Shown here: in pieces, positions 28,859 through 38,819 of the stretch
Layout: each line of letters opens with the position of its first letter
Position numbering within the stretch: the stretch's first letter is position 1
Origin: Escherichia phage vB_EcoS_I14
Strand: one strand, 5' to 3'
Length of the DNA: 64,000 nt
Sequence record: PP892525.1
Notes under the pieces: generated by a model
What the model saw: the letters and a program-made list of their open reading frames with translations, nothing else
The model's database searches: none
What the model was told of the DNA's origin: nothing
Program-made: the position numbers and the translations under genes

Positions 28859-29730
28859 TGTCTTGCAATCTCCAAAATATCTTTTGTAAACTTATCTAAT
28901 ACGTCTTGACCTACAGCAGCAATAGCATCCACACAGTAAGTAGGTAAATCAACCAGAATTAGGTTTCGATAAAGCAACTCTTCCGAAGCATTTAAATTCT
29001 GTATATATTTCTGTTTTCCAGGCAATGGAAGCTGATCAATAATATCCAAAACGTTACCAAATTCACGAATAATGTTATATCCTCGTTTTGCTCCGATACC
29101 TTCAACACCACGGATATTATCCCCCAGGTCACCCATAATTGCCTTCAGAGAGATAAACTGCTCTACATCGTCAACATTATGATGCTCATACATATCACGA
29201 AGATGGTATTCACGGCGTGTTGTGAAAGAAAAACGAGAAACTTTATCAGTTAATAAAGTATCCCAGTCACCGTCAGTAGAAATCAGCCAAACGTGGTCAT
29301 ATAGATGCCCGATCAGCTTAACAATATAAGCTGCCATATCATCTGCTTCTACACCACGAATAGTGAAAGTTGGGAATGTAGTTTCACATAGTTCGAAAGC
29401 ATCTTTCAAATACTCGAAGAACTGCTCATCTAACGCTTTCTCCTCTTCCGTACGCTGAGAGTATTTCTCATCTCGATTCCCTTTATACTCTGGAAGATGC
29501 TCTAAGCGGAATGCAGACTTCCCTTTATCTCCTAAAACTATTGTGGTTCTAGCAGAATAAGATTTTGCTAGAGATTGAATCGTAGAAACATAACTTGAGG
29601 CAAATGGTTTTTTACTATTGTTATGCTTGAAGCGAAAGCCTAAGTTAGTTCCATCAACAATCATTAGGTTACGACGGGAAGCCATTTCAGCTTCCTCTTC
29701 TTCAATAAATTTTCCCCAGGATTTACTCAT
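28855..29730 (-). CDS. flap endonuclease / 5'-3' exonuclease (T5 D15-like)
   Basis: 291 aa (same as T5 D15 FEN as recalled); PIN-like N-terminal acidic cluster (MIVDGTNLGFR) and H3TH region. Confidence 0.9.
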   Translation of the reverse strand: MSKSWGKFIEEEEAEMASRRNLMIVDGTNLGFRFKHNNSKKPFASSYVSTIQSLAKSYSARTTIVLGDKGKSAFRLEHLPEYKGNRDEKYSQRTEEEKALDEQFFEYLKDAFELCETTFPTFTIRGVEADDMAAYIVKLIGHLYDHVWLISTDGDWDTLLTDKVSRFSFTTRREYHLRDMYEHHNVDDVEQFISLKAIMGDLGDNIRGVEGIGAKRGYNIIREFGNVLDIIDQLPLPGKQKYIQNLNASEELLYRNLILVDLPTYCVDAIAAVGQDVLDKFTKDILEIARQ

Positions 29731-30212
29731 TATTTAATTAAGTCCTCAACAGATGCATGATGTAGCCACGGCTCAAATAAACCAATTACGATTTCCATGT
29801 CCTTCTTATTTAACACCATATGGGTACGACTCATTAAGTTGTCAACCATCGGGTCTGAGCTATCCAAAGCTATCAACCACTGTCCTCTGTCTTTCTTGAA
29901 TATTAATGCAGGTTTGGAGTTCATCTGCTCACCTTCACGTGAGCACTGCTGCCACCACTTCTCTAGAGTGGATTCACCGACATTAAATAAATTACTTGAT
30001 ATATTATCATCTTTATACCACTTAACTTCGAAGCAGTATTTACTAATGTGTCCGCTTTGAGGTGGAAGGTAGATGTCACCTTTCAGTCCATGGCTCTGGC
30101 CAAAAGCACCAGAGCCAGGAACACGTTCCCACTCAAGACCTGTACGCTCACGTAGAATATCTCTTACCTGATATTCACCACGTTTACCTTTCTCTCTACT
30201 ATCTACAGCCAT
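29730..30212 (-). CDS. hypothetical protein, possible PD-(D/E)xK-type nuclease (D14 position)
   Basis: 160 aa; weak D...EVK pattern (GDIYLP...CFEVKWYK); synteny with T5 D14. Confidence 0.35.
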   Translation of the reverse strand: MAVDSREKGKRGEYQVRDILRERTGLEWERVPGSGAFGQSHGLKGDIYLPPQSGHISKYCFEVKWYKDDNISSNLFNVGESTLEKWWQQCSREGEQMNSKPALIFKKDRGQWLIALDSSDPMVDNLMSRTHMVLNKKDMEIVIGLFEPWLHHASVEDLIK

Positions 30213-30215
30213 GTT

Positions 30216-32054
30216 TTATTCTAAGTAGGAAAATCCTTCTGCATCTTTTTTGACAGTAATCTTATGAGCTAATGGATGCGTATGCCCATGAGAAACAATG
30301 ATAGAGTTTAGACTTTCTTCCTCATTTAATAGTTCAACAAGGGTGTCAAGTCCTTTAGTATCAATAAAGCTAATTACTTCATCAAGGAATAGAAGATTAA
30401 TATTAACTTTACTAATAGATGTTAGTAGCATTCGAATAGCTAACAGAGTTGCTAGGTTGATTCGACTTTGCTGACCAGTAGAGCAATTCTCCATACTAGT
30501 ACGATTTCCATCATTGAAGATTACTACTTGTAATTTTGTTTCATCAAGTTCAAATCCAAGTGCGAACTTACCGCCAGTCATAATGGAAAGGTATTTATTG
30601 ATAAGCTCTTCAAATACTTTCACACTATGCTCTAGTTTATATCCTACTAGATTCTTTAATGCAGTGATCAGAATATCGAGATCAGCAACAGCTTCTGATA
30701 CTCCATCCAGTTTGGAAGTAATCTCAGACATTTCTGCCTCAGCTTTCTCAATCTGTTCTAGTTTCGCTTTATATTTTGCATTGGCTAATTCAACATTTGC
30801 ATTATGCTCTTTGGCAATTGCAACCTTAGAACGGCCATCAGCGATTTCCTGTTCTAGTTGTCGGATTTGCACCTGTAGGTTTTGCACATTGAGTTCTTCA
30901 AAAGAAGTATCACTCATTGAATTTTTGAACTCGTCTCTAGCTGCCACTGCTTTATCCAAAGCATCCTTTGCTCTAGTATACGCAACGTACTCAAGTTGTT
31001 CTTTCTTCAACTGTTCTAGCTTAGCTTCAAGAGATTGCTTCTCTTTGAATAGAGGGTCATATTCTATTCTAGCCATATCCATTGCTTTTTGAGCAGCAGT
31101 TGTATCTAGATGAGTGCCACAGGTAGGACATTCAGTATTTGAAGCCTCTTGCTTGAACTTCTGATAACGTTTCTTAACTTCGCCCGCACGTGAGGTCACA
31201 ATCGTTAGGTCACGCGTAACACTTGAGATCTCTTCGTTTTGGTCAGTGGGCGCAGGCAAATTTTTGAAAGGCTCGAAAGATTGTTCGGCAACTTGTACAG
31301 CTTTGTCCAAATTACGCAATTTAGTAATATTAGCCTCTTGAGACTTGGCTAATGCCGCCTTAATTTTCGATTCAGTAAGTTCTTGTGCTAATGGCTCTTC
31401 ATCAAACTCCGGTACTTCTACAGGTTCCTGCAAAGTTCCCAGATTATTCTTTCCATTAAGGATTTTCGTAATTACAGCCATTTGGCCCTGCAAATTATTT
31501 AAGGTATTTGCTATTTCTTTACGGTCAGCCTTAATAGTTTCTGACATTTCTTTGTACTGTTCTTGATTGAACAAGTTAACAAGAAAAGCCTTACGTGTTG
31601 CGTCTGTTGCTTTTAGAAAGTCTAGATTGGAACCCACTGATTGATAAATTAGTTTGGTGAATGTTTGGAAGTCACCCCCCATAATCTCTTCAATCATCTT
31701 GTATGTTTGAGTTGCTGTATGTCCACTAATATCTTCTCCATTCTTAATAAGAGTTACTTTAGCAGTTGACTTAACTACTTTATGCAATTCATACTCATCT
31801 TCATCTTTCGAGAAGTAAGCGTGCATATCATATTCTTTTTTCGGAGAAGACCAAGAGAACAAAGCATCCTTCTTGATACCTCGAGAGTTCTTATTATAAA
31901 ATAGTTCTTCAATAACAGTAGCAATAGTGGATTTCCCTAGCCCATTGCCACCAATTAGTTGAGTAACTGGATTCTTATCGAAATGAATTACGATGTCCTT
32001 ACCGTAAGACATAACGTTACTAAATTTTAGTGTCTTAATTGTAATCTTTGACAT
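30216..32054 (-). CDS. SbcC/Rad50-like recombination ATPase (D13-like)
   Basis: Walker A (GGNGLGKST), long coiled-coil, CxxC zinc hook (CPTCGT), C-terminal signature/Walker B (LFLDEV); track start 32135, probable start ATG 32054 (MSKITIK). Confidence 0.8.
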   Translation of the reverse strand: MSKITIKTLKFSNVMSYGKDIVIHFDKNPVTQLIGGNGLGKSTIATVIEELFYNKNSRGIKKDALFSWSSPKKEYDMHAYFSKDEDEYELHKVVKSTAKVTLIKNGEDISGHTATQTYKMIEEIMGGDFQTFTKLIYQSVGSNLDFLKATDATRKAFLVNLFNQEQYKEMSETIKADRKEIANTLNNLQGQMAVITKILNGKNNLGTLQEPVEVPEFDEEPLAQELTESKIKAALAKSQEANITKLRNLDKAVQVAEQSFEPFKNLPAPTDQNEEISSVTRDLTIVTSRAGEVKKRYQKFKQEASNTECPTCGTHLDTTAAQKAMDMARIEYDPLFKEKQSLEAKLEQLKKEQLEYVAYTRAKDALDKAVAARDEFKNSMSDTSFEELNVQNLQVQIRQLEQEIADGRSKVAIAKEHNANVELANAKYKAKLEQIEKAEAEMSEITSKLDGVSEAVADLDILITALKNLVGYKLEHSVKVFEELINKYLSIMTGGKFALGFELDETKLQVVIFNDGNRTSMENCSTGQQSRINLATLLAIRMLLTSISKVNINLLFLDEVISFIDTKGLDTLVELLNEEESLNSIIVSHGHTHPLAHKITVKKDAEGFSYLE

Positions 32055-33012
32055 ATTTCGCAGCTCTAGCCAAGATTCTATCAATGTCGCCTTGAGACAG
32101 CTTCTCGACTTCACGGAAGTAAAGTTCAAGTTCACCTAACATATCAAGATCAACAAGATTTAACTTAGCGTCTTTAGTAACTCGATGGTTAATCTTCTTA
32201 TCTAATAAATCAGAGTCTTTGATAGACTTTAATTGAACAACGTCACCAGTAACTTCATAGACTACACGATCATAATCACTAGGTTCCATCTCTTCACCGG
32301 CTCCGATTGTTTTACGAATCAGTTGTGGTAAATCACCTAGTTCAATCCATTCTACTTTTAATGTGTCGGTATCGACGATAAAGCAACCATTTGTACCTTT
32401 TGTGCGTTCTCTATGGAACGATGTAGTTAATGGAGACCCTGGGTAGAGAAGTCTAGTAGATCCGATAGTCTGGCTATTAGTATAAGAATGTAAATCTCCA
32501 GCAATTACAGTATCATAACAGTTGTACTTAGTTAGATCAATTTCTGGTTTTACATGTGGAGGGATTTCACCACGAACATGCGTGAAACATAGTTTTGATT
32601 CAGACGGTTTCCACTTAGACTTATGGATCTCATCATACGGAACAATATCAAATTCAGGGGAACGATATGGTTTGGTAATTACTTCCCACTTTCCACTAGT
32701 TACTTTATTAATAACCCCCGCATAATGATACAGACATGAAATGGTTTTAGTTAACATTTCATGATTTCCAGTAAAGATTTTGCCTGGATGGTCGAGTCTT
32801 GACATGAACTGTTCAAGCAGTTCTATTTCTTCTGACGACGGGTCGGCAACATCAAGTATATCACCACCAGCAATATGAAGATCACAGTTATGATTATGGA
32901 ATATATCATTTAACCGTTCTCCTAGCATCAGGAAGCGACGCTTCTGCCATTCCTTTGGAACTTTATCTTGTCCTAGTTTGATATGATGATCAGCACTAAA
33001 TAATATTCTCAT
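32035..33012 (-). CDS. SbcD/Mre11-like nuclease (D12-like)
   Basis: 325 aa; calcineurin-like metallophosphoesterase motifs (ILFSADHH, GDILD, GNHE). Confidence 0.85.
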   Translation of the reverse strand: MRILFSADHHIKLGQDKVPKEWQKRRFLMLGERLNDIFHNHNCDLHIAGGDILDVADPSSEEIELLEQFMSRLDHPGKIFTGNHEMLTKTISCLYHYAGVINKVTSGKWEVITKPYRSPEFDIVPYDEIHKSKWKPSESKLCFTHVRGEIPPHVKPEIDLTKYNCYDTVIAGDLHSYTNSQTIGSTRLLYPGSPLTTSFHRERTKGTNGCFIVDTDTLKVEWIELGDLPQLIRKTIGAGEEMEPSDYDRVVYEVTGDVVQLKSIKDSDLLDKKINHRVTKDAKLNLVDLDMLGELELYFREVEKLSQGDIDRILARAAKYVKDYN

Positions 33013-33041
33013 TGGTTAAAAAGAAAGGGGCCGAAGCCCCT
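33012..33041 (-). terminator. GC hairpin with GNRA-like loop, candidate terminator/processing site
   Basis: aggggc-cgaa-gcccct flanked by T-rich sequence on both strands, between two - strand genes. Confidence 0.45.
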
Positions 33042-33048
33042 CTATTTA

Positions 33049-33822
33049 TTAGTCGTCCAGATCGCTTGCAGCTTCTGTGTCAATACCTTTCTGGGAGCCT
33101 GCATTGCTATTACCAGATTTGGCATCATCATCTTTATTCTCGCGACCCTCCATGAAGGCTAGAATTGCTTCTCTCTGCTCTTCATAAGTAGGAACCGGAT
33201 AGGTTTGTTCCAGAGAAGGAACTTTTTCGAACTTAATGATGTCGCCATCTTCATCACACATAGCTTCACCGATCAGATCGACATCCGCAGCATATTGCTT
33301 AGATTCCGCACTGTTAGGATCTTGCAGCTTAATCTGGAACTGCATAGCAGCAATCTGCTGTACATCATACTCAGTATCGAAACCTTTACCTTTTTTCTCG
33401 ATAGAAATATCAATATCAAACGGAGTTGCCAGGCTCAGCTGCTTCATGATAGACTGGATGCCTTTCAGAATAGTGGCCTTAACTTCCATTACTTTCAGTT
33501 TGTTATCAGAACGGTCAATAACAAAAGCGATATAGTTTTTCTTCGGTTTCAGCGGAACACGATTACCATCTTTATCCAGCTCTTTCTCGAAGAAGCCCAT
33601 CTCATGAACTGGATCAGCTTTACCACGAACAAAACTCTCTTTGTCACGGTTAAAACGGAGACATTCGAAAGGAGCTACGTTACCCTCTTTATTAGTCAGC
33701 CAATAGACATAACGTGGAAGAACACCAGAAACGATACGAACACGAGTGATACCGTTGTTGAACTTCAGGAATTCGATTTTATCGTTAGAACCGCCAGTAG
33801 TTTCGCCCCAAGACTTAGCCAT
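33049..33822 (-). CDS. hypothetical protein with acidic C-terminal tail (candidate ssDNA-binding or recombination mediator)
   Basis: 257 aa; C-terminus DTEAASDLDD resembles acidic tails of SSB-type proteins; located inside replication/recombination cluster. Confidence 0.35.
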   Translation of the reverse strand: MAKSWGETTGGSNDKIEFLKFNNGITRVRIVSGVLPRYVYWLTNKEGNVAPFECLRFNRDKESFVRGKADPVHEMGFFEKELDKDGNRVPLKPKKNYIAFVIDRSDNKLKVMEVKATILKGIQSIMKQLSLATPFDIDISIEKKGKGFDTEYDVQQIAAMQFQIKLQDPNSAESKQYAADVDLIGEAMCDEDGDIIKFEKVPSLEQTYPVPTYEEQREAILAFMEGRENKDDDAKSGNSNAGSQKGIDTEAASDLDD

Positions 33823-34099
33823 ATTTTATTTCCTCTTTAAAGATTAATTTTGATTTGTTAATTGCGATTAGTGGGTTAGTGTCGATTACTAAACGTGGTA
33901 TCCATACTGGAACATATTGCATGTCCAAACTAGGATCGTTTGTAAACTTGTATTCGGCATAATTTCGTAGACTTAAAATTCCTAGATATTCTGCCAGTTG
34001 TCTAATAGACAACTTATTTGGATTATCAACTATTGTTGATTCATTCAAAATGAATGAGGAACCGACCAATAATTGGTGAGCATCAGGCTCTGTAAGCAT
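33815..34099 (-). CDS. hypothetical protein
   Basis: 94 aa ORF preceded by early-type promoter. Confidence 0.4.
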   Translation of the reverse strand: MLTEPDAHQLLVGSSFILNESTIVDNPNKLSIRQLAEYLGILSLRNYAEYKFTNDPSLDMQYVPVWIPRLVIDTNPLIAINKSKLIFKEEIKYG

Positions 34100-34206
34100 T
34101 CTTTTGAAGAGCTTAATAATTAGGTCGGAATTTCCTCTAGCTAGTAAGTATAGCTTTTCATAATCGAAGAATTTAATTTTTGTTTTCTCCTCGAATTTAT
34201 GTATAT

Positions 34207-34236
34207 ATTATACTAGATTTCAAGAGAATTTAGCAA
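34207..34236 (-). promoter_or_regulatory. early sigma70 promoter (TTGCTA-18-TATAAT)
   Basis: Reverse complement shows ttgcta...tataat followed by conserved atatacataaatt leader; upstream of 33815..34099. Confidence 0.55.
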
Positions 34237-34307
34237 CTAAAATTTTTATTTTTCTGCTTCGGACTTTCTTATCAATCCGAAACTTTCTCTCTCAAATTTA
34301 TGTATAT

Positions 34308-34336
34308 ATTATACATCATTTATGAGCTGTTGCCAA
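34308..34336 (-). promoter_or_regulatory. second tandem promoter copy overlapping helicase 3' end (TTGGCA-17-TATAAT)
   Basis: Same 20-bp -10/leader segment (aatttatgtatatattatac, about 34295..34314) as the promoter about 100 bp downstream. Confidence 0.4.
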
Positions 34337-35672
34337 ATGCAATTTTAGCTAATTGAACTGCTTTCTCCGGAGTCATGGTAATAGTTTTCCACCCGTTGTT
34401 ACGATATACTGACATACGTCCAGAAGCCTGTCTTAGTCCAGTGCCTCCTTTCATAATTAGATCTACAACAATAGGGTCGAGTTTACCTTCAACAATACGT
34501 TGAACACGACCTGCAAGCTGTTCAATGAGAGACTCATTATTAATAAGACTTCCCATTATTAAACAAGATAGCTCATTAAGGGAGATACCTTCAGAGAAGA
34601 TACTCTGAGCTGCTGCAAGTACACAAGGTCCACCTTTTGCTATATCTTCCTGGATTTTTAATCGGTCATCTAAGTGGGTTGCCCCTATAATTTCATATGT
34701 TGTAACACCACGCTGTGCAAGAGCTTCTAGTACTGTCTGGATTAACTCTGTTCTATCGCTTACAATGAGTACTTTATGCCCCATATTCACGTATAAATGT
34801 GCTAGATTTATAATAGTCTCTCGATATTCAGGATGATTATATACATCGTTAGCACGTAATGCCCATGGTACGTTTTGGTTCCCTGATAACTCAACAGGTA
34901 CGGAGTACCTATGGATTGTAGGTGCAACAGTATTATTAACCGGTGGGCTAAAGATCTTATATCCAAAGAAATCTTTGAACATAACTTGTAGACCATCTTT
35001 TCTTTTTAATGTACCAGATAGTCCAATCTTATAGCGAGCACATGATATTTCTAGGAAGTTAGTGAAAGTTGTAGCCACACAATGGTGAACTTCATCAACT
35101 ATAACAGTACCGAATACTTTAGAAAGATTATTCGCATGTTTATTCACTGTTTGAATATTACTGACCACAATTGGTGGATCAATATTGTATTTTCCAGAAC
35201 CTATGATACCTGGTTCAAACCCAAACCATCTACGAACTTCTGCCGCCCACATTTCACGAATAGATGTATTAGTACAAATTACCAAAGTTTTCTGGCCAAA
35301 TTTATATGCAAGTGCAAGGGCTAGGATAGTTTTACCAAATCCAGGCTTACCATTAATAATACAGGTATCATCGCACTCTTCATATATTGGGAGTTGGTCT
35401 TCTTCACGCAGCGTGAACTTAGGTTTTGGTATATCTACCGGAGCTAATGTACGTTTATCGACTAATTCGTATTTTACTCCTTTAGCATCTAGTAAATCCA
35501 GACGCGTGATAGGAATCCACTTAATCTCTTTGGCAACAACACCACTATTCTTATACATAATAGGGTATTTACTAGTCATTGTCTCTATGTGATAAGTGGT
35601 TTGCTTACTACAATAATCCCAAAGTTCATCATCGGGCTTGAAATAGGCTTTATTAGATATAACAACCTTCAT
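34320..35672 (-). CDS. SF2 DNA helicase (D10-like)
   Basis: 450 aa; Walker A (GKPGFGKT), DEVH box (VIVDEVHH), helicase C-terminal motifs. Confidence 0.8.
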   Translation of the reverse strand: MKVVISNKAYFKPDDELWDYCSKQTTYHIETMTSKYPIMYKNSGVVAKEIKWIPITRLDLLDAKGVKYELVDKRTLAPVDIPKPKFTLREEDQLPIYEECDDTCIINGKPGFGKTILALALAYKFGQKTLVICTNTSIREMWAAEVRRWFGFEPGIIGSGKYNIDPPIVVSNIQTVNKHANNLSKVFGTVIVDEVHHCVATTFTNFLEISCARYKIGLSGTLKRKDGLQVMFKDFFGYKIFSPPVNNTVAPTIHRYSVPVELSGNQNVPWALRANDVYNHPEYRETIINLAHLYVNMGHKVLIVSDRTELIQTVLEALAQRGVTTYEIIGATHLDDRLKIQEDIAKGGPCVLAAAQSIFSEGISLNELSCLIMGSLINNESLIEQLAGRVQRIVEGKLDPIVVDLIMKGGTGLRQASGRMSVYRNNGWKTITMTPEKAVQLAKIAFGNSS

Positions 35673-36166
35673 AATTTTATTCTAAGTCTAGGAATTTCAG
35701 GCTCCTCTTGATGGACTTGGTAAATAACAGGGCTATTATTTACCAGAATATAGCTTATATAAGCTGGAACATAGGATAATACAAATGGATATGGAACTTT
35801 AGCTACATAGCATTGGTATTTTCCGTTATAAATTCTAGCTGAATGCAAAACTTTAGAGGTGACAACATCATAGAACGTAGTTTTCTTCCAGTTAATAAGA
35901 TTTCCATCAGAATCTATAAATTGGCTACGCTTTGACCCAACTAATTGAGACAACATTGATATTCTGCCTCTAATAGGGTAGAGCTTGTATGGTAATTCTT
36001 TCCGTTTCTCAAATAGAATAAGCCTACGTTGAGAAAACGTGCCAGGCAACTTCCTGTTATCTAGCACATATTTATTATATCTTGTTGTAATTACGGAATA
36101 ATCACCTTCTTGCTCAATTGATACAAACGCCCGTAAAGCATATACGGGCAATTTGAAATCAAGCAC
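35669..36166 (-). CDS. hypothetical protein
   Basis: 165 aa ORF coupled between DNA polymerase and helicase genes. Confidence 0.45.
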   Translation of the reverse strand: MLDFKLPVYALRAFVSIEQEGDYSVITTRYNKYVLDNRKLPGTFSQRRLILFEKRKELPYKLYPIRGRISMLSQLVGSKRSQFIDSDGNLINWKKTTFYDVVTSKVLHSARIYNGKYQCYVAKVPYPFVLSYVPAYISYILVNNSPVIYQVHQEEPEIPRLRIKL

Positions 36167-38726
36167 CGAGAATCCTTCTCACGTTATCCAGATCTTTACA
36201 TACAGCAATAAACTTATCATCCTTGTATTTGCTGTGATCTGGATGCTCTTTATCCATTGCAGCTAGTTTCTTATACTCGAACTCTGCATCAAGTAATACA
36301 CCCTTGACATAACGAGTATATTCATCATCATCAATACAAGCGATTGATGGGTGCTGCTTCTTCATCTTACCACAAGAGTAGTCACGAGAACCTCCAGCTT
36401 CAGAATCAGAATCAATACCAATCGGACAACCAGGAATACTGATACCACGGTCTTTCTGAATATTACGAATCAGGATTTCATTGTATTGGTCGATCAAATC
36501 CTCACGAACAATAGCAACTACGGAGTCGTGAACCAGCATAACAATCTTCATCTCTTGTTCTAGGCCAAGAGAAATGATCTCATTATCTGCATCTACAGCA
36601 CCTAAAAGGAGGCTATCAGAAGAAGCAGACTGAATGATTGCGTTAAATCCAGAACGGATTTCTTCACCTTGAACACCACGGTCTTCGGAGTGGATATTAT
36701 GCAGACGACGTTTACGACCAAAGTGACTATAGATAAACCCATGATTCTTGATCTGATCATGGCACTTATCAATCCAACGCTTAAGCTGCGGGAACTGACC
36801 GAAGTATGTCTCAATGTACTCTTTAGCATCTGCAACCGTACACTCTACAAACGGTTCGCCTGTCTTAGCAGCCTGTTCCAGAAGAGCTTCGTTAACAGAA
36901 TGAGCTACTTTAGCCGGGCCGGAACCATACAGAATACCAAAGGTGATTGCTTTAGCTGCTTGACGCAGAGCTGGGAATAACTTTTTAACATCACGAGGTT
37001 CGCATTGAAGCTTAAATACCATGTGTGCGATGTTAGAGTGGAAGTCAGGGTATTTATCAGGCTCATTTCTCATGTTGATAAATACTTGTTGCATATTTCT
37101 ATCACCAGATAGAACAGCAGCATAATAAACTTCCGCAGTTGTTAAGTCCCATGCGATTACACGATACCCGGTAGGAGCTACTACACAACCCTTGATAATA
37201 GATTCATCACGAGGTAACTGTTGCAGGTTCAGTTTACCAGAAGAACTCAGACGACCAGAAGTGGTCATGTGTTCGTGGAAGCCAGTACGAATGCAACCAT
37301 CAGCATCAATACTCAGAAGAATCTTCTCAACATAAGTAGAGATCAGCTTAGTCAGCTTACGAATCTCTAGTAGAGTCTTAGCAATTGGATGCTGCGTAGA
37401 CAATTCGTTCAGAGCCTCTGCATCTGTAGAGTCTGCTCCAGTATCCGTCAATTTACCTGTTGGAGTTAACCCAACATAATCAAACAGAAGAACACGTAGC
37501 TGCTTAACAGAGTTTGGGTTAAACGCTTCGTTCTGGTCTTTCTCTAGCTGAACGACTTCTGGATAAGTATACAGCTTCTCACGAGCTTTATTCAGATTAT
37601 GAGTTAACTGGTACTGAGCTTCTTTTAAACGATCAATAGAAATAGGTACACCACGATCCTCAACACGCTGGAGAAATACACAACCAGGCATTAGAACATC
37701 ATAATACAGACTGCAAAGTTTTTCATTCTTCTCAATTTTTGGTAAGAAGAAGTTGTGCAAACGTATGGTGGCATCGGTATCTTTTGCAGCGTAAGGCCAC
37801 ATAATATCAAACGGAATTAAATCATAGGTGAAATCTTCTTTCTTGATTTTATGTGCTTTGCAGTAATCCTCCTTGAACTTATCTAGCTCAAAGTCATAGT
37901 CACCCATATCGGTATACTTCATTGCTAGAGATTTCAAGCCATGAGTACCACGACGCTCATCTAGAACATAATGCTGCAACATTGTATCATGGAGCCTGCG
38001 TTCTTTATGTGCTTTATCAAAAGTAAGTCCCAGATGGTACTTATAAAAGTGCATATCGAACTTCAAGTTGTGAAAAACAATAGTGTGGTTTTCACTATCC
38101 AGAATTTTCTGGAGATAATATACTGCAACCTCTGTGAGACAATCAGAATCGATATATACACCCTGATACTCTTGGTGAGACATAGAAACACCAAGCAGAT
38201 AACCATCTCGACAGTATAGTGCTGAGGTTTCGGAGTCGAATGCGACAGGTCCGATAACCATATTATACACCATCTTGATATATTCTTCCGCCTCGTCAGG
38301 GTCAGTAATAGGACGGTAATCACCAGCTTTTGCAATCTTCTCACGACCATTGATAATATCGTGGATATTCTCTACTGTTGCATCAAAAACTGGTTTCATT
38401 TCAGGCTTAAAGTGTAACTGGGCTGGGCTGATACTCGCAATCCAGTTAGCATATCCATTATACTCTACACGTTTACCAGTATAATCCCCAATGCCTTTCT
38501 TTCCTGCAAAGTATAGGAAAGGTTCAGCACCTACCAGTATAACAAAATCATAATCATTCGGGTCAAATGGGTTTTCTGGTGTTCCAATAGTAATATGCTT
38601 TTTAAGCAAACGACCAGATAACTTCTCGTTACACATATGGAATACATCAACTTCCTCGCCGTATAGCTGGAAATGTTTATCATAACGAGTGTTATTTAGA
38701 GCTTTATCAACTACTGCGATTTTCAA
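36159..38726 (-). CDS. DNA polymerase (family A, with 3'-5' exonuclease domain)
   Basis: 855 aa (same as T5 DNA polymerase as recalled); exo motifs (FDSETS) and Pol I motifs (DYSQIELR-like, KxxxFGxxYG: AKAITFGILYGSG). Confidence 0.9.
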   Translation of the reverse strand: MKIAVVDKALNNTRYDKHFQLYGEEVDVFHMCNEKLSGRLLKKHITIGTPENPFDPNDYDFVILVGAEPFLYFAGKKGIGDYTGKRVEYNGYANWIASISPAQLHFKPEMKPVFDATVENIHDIINGREKIAKAGDYRPITDPDEAEEYIKMVYNMVIGPVAFDSETSALYCRDGYLLGVSMSHQEYQGVYIDSDCLTEVAVYYLQKILDSENHTIVFHNLKFDMHFYKYHLGLTFDKAHKERRLHDTMLQHYVLDERRGTHGLKSLAMKYTDMGDYDFELDKFKEDYCKAHKIKKEDFTYDLIPFDIMWPYAAKDTDATIRLHNFFLPKIEKNEKLCSLYYDVLMPGCVFLQRVEDRGVPISIDRLKEAQYQLTHNLNKAREKLYTYPEVVQLEKDQNEAFNPNSVKQLRVLLFDYVGLTPTGKLTDTGADSTDAEALNELSTQHPIAKTLLEIRKLTKLISTYVEKILLSIDADGCIRTGFHEHMTTSGRLSSSGKLNLQQLPRDESIIKGCVVAPTGYRVIAWDLTTAEVYYAAVLSGDRNMQQVFINMRNEPDKYPDFHSNIAHMVFKLQCEPRDVKKLFPALRQAAKAITFGILYGSGPAKVAHSVNEALLEQAAKTGEPFVECTVADAKEYIETYFGQFPQLKRWIDKCHDQIKNHGFIYSHFGRKRRLHNIHSEDRGVQGEEIRSGFNAIIQSASSDSLLLGAVDADNEIISLGLEQEMKIVMLVHDSVVAIVREDLIDQYNEILIRNIQKDRGISIPGCPIGIDSDSEAGGSRDYSCGKMKKQHPSIACIDDDEYTRYVKGVLLDAEFEYKKLAAMDKEHPDHSKYKDDKFIAVCKDLDNVRRILGA

Positions 38727-38740
38727 ATTTAATCTCCTCT

Positions 38741-38785
38741 TGGTAAGTAAGTATAACTTCAGTGTTTCTTCTCTAACTTACCAAT
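38741..38785 (-). promoter_or_regulatory. 5'-UTR stem-loop upstream of DNA polymerase gene
   Basis: 9-bp inverted repeat ttggtaagt / acttaccaa with about 27-nt loop located between the promoter -10 and the AGAGGAG RBS. Confidence 0.4.
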
Positions 38786-38788
38786 ATA

Positions 38789-38817
38789 TTATATCAAAAT
38801 ATTGGGATAATAGCAAA
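38789..38817 (-). promoter_or_regulatory. early sigma70 promoter for DNA polymerase operon (TTGCTA-17-TATAAT)
   Basis: Reverse complement: ttgcta ttatcccaatattttga tataat. Confidence 0.6.
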
Positions 38818-38819
38818 TA

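Noticed and set aside
30514-31092. 192-aa + strand ORF inside the SbcC-like gene, and similar antisense ORFs (31345..31566, 33205..33840, 41903..42412, 45240..45542, 14415..14717, 8299..8685)
   Set aside because: All overlap strongly supported genes on the opposite strand and are Ser/Leu/Phe-rich with no RBS; typical antisense artefacts.
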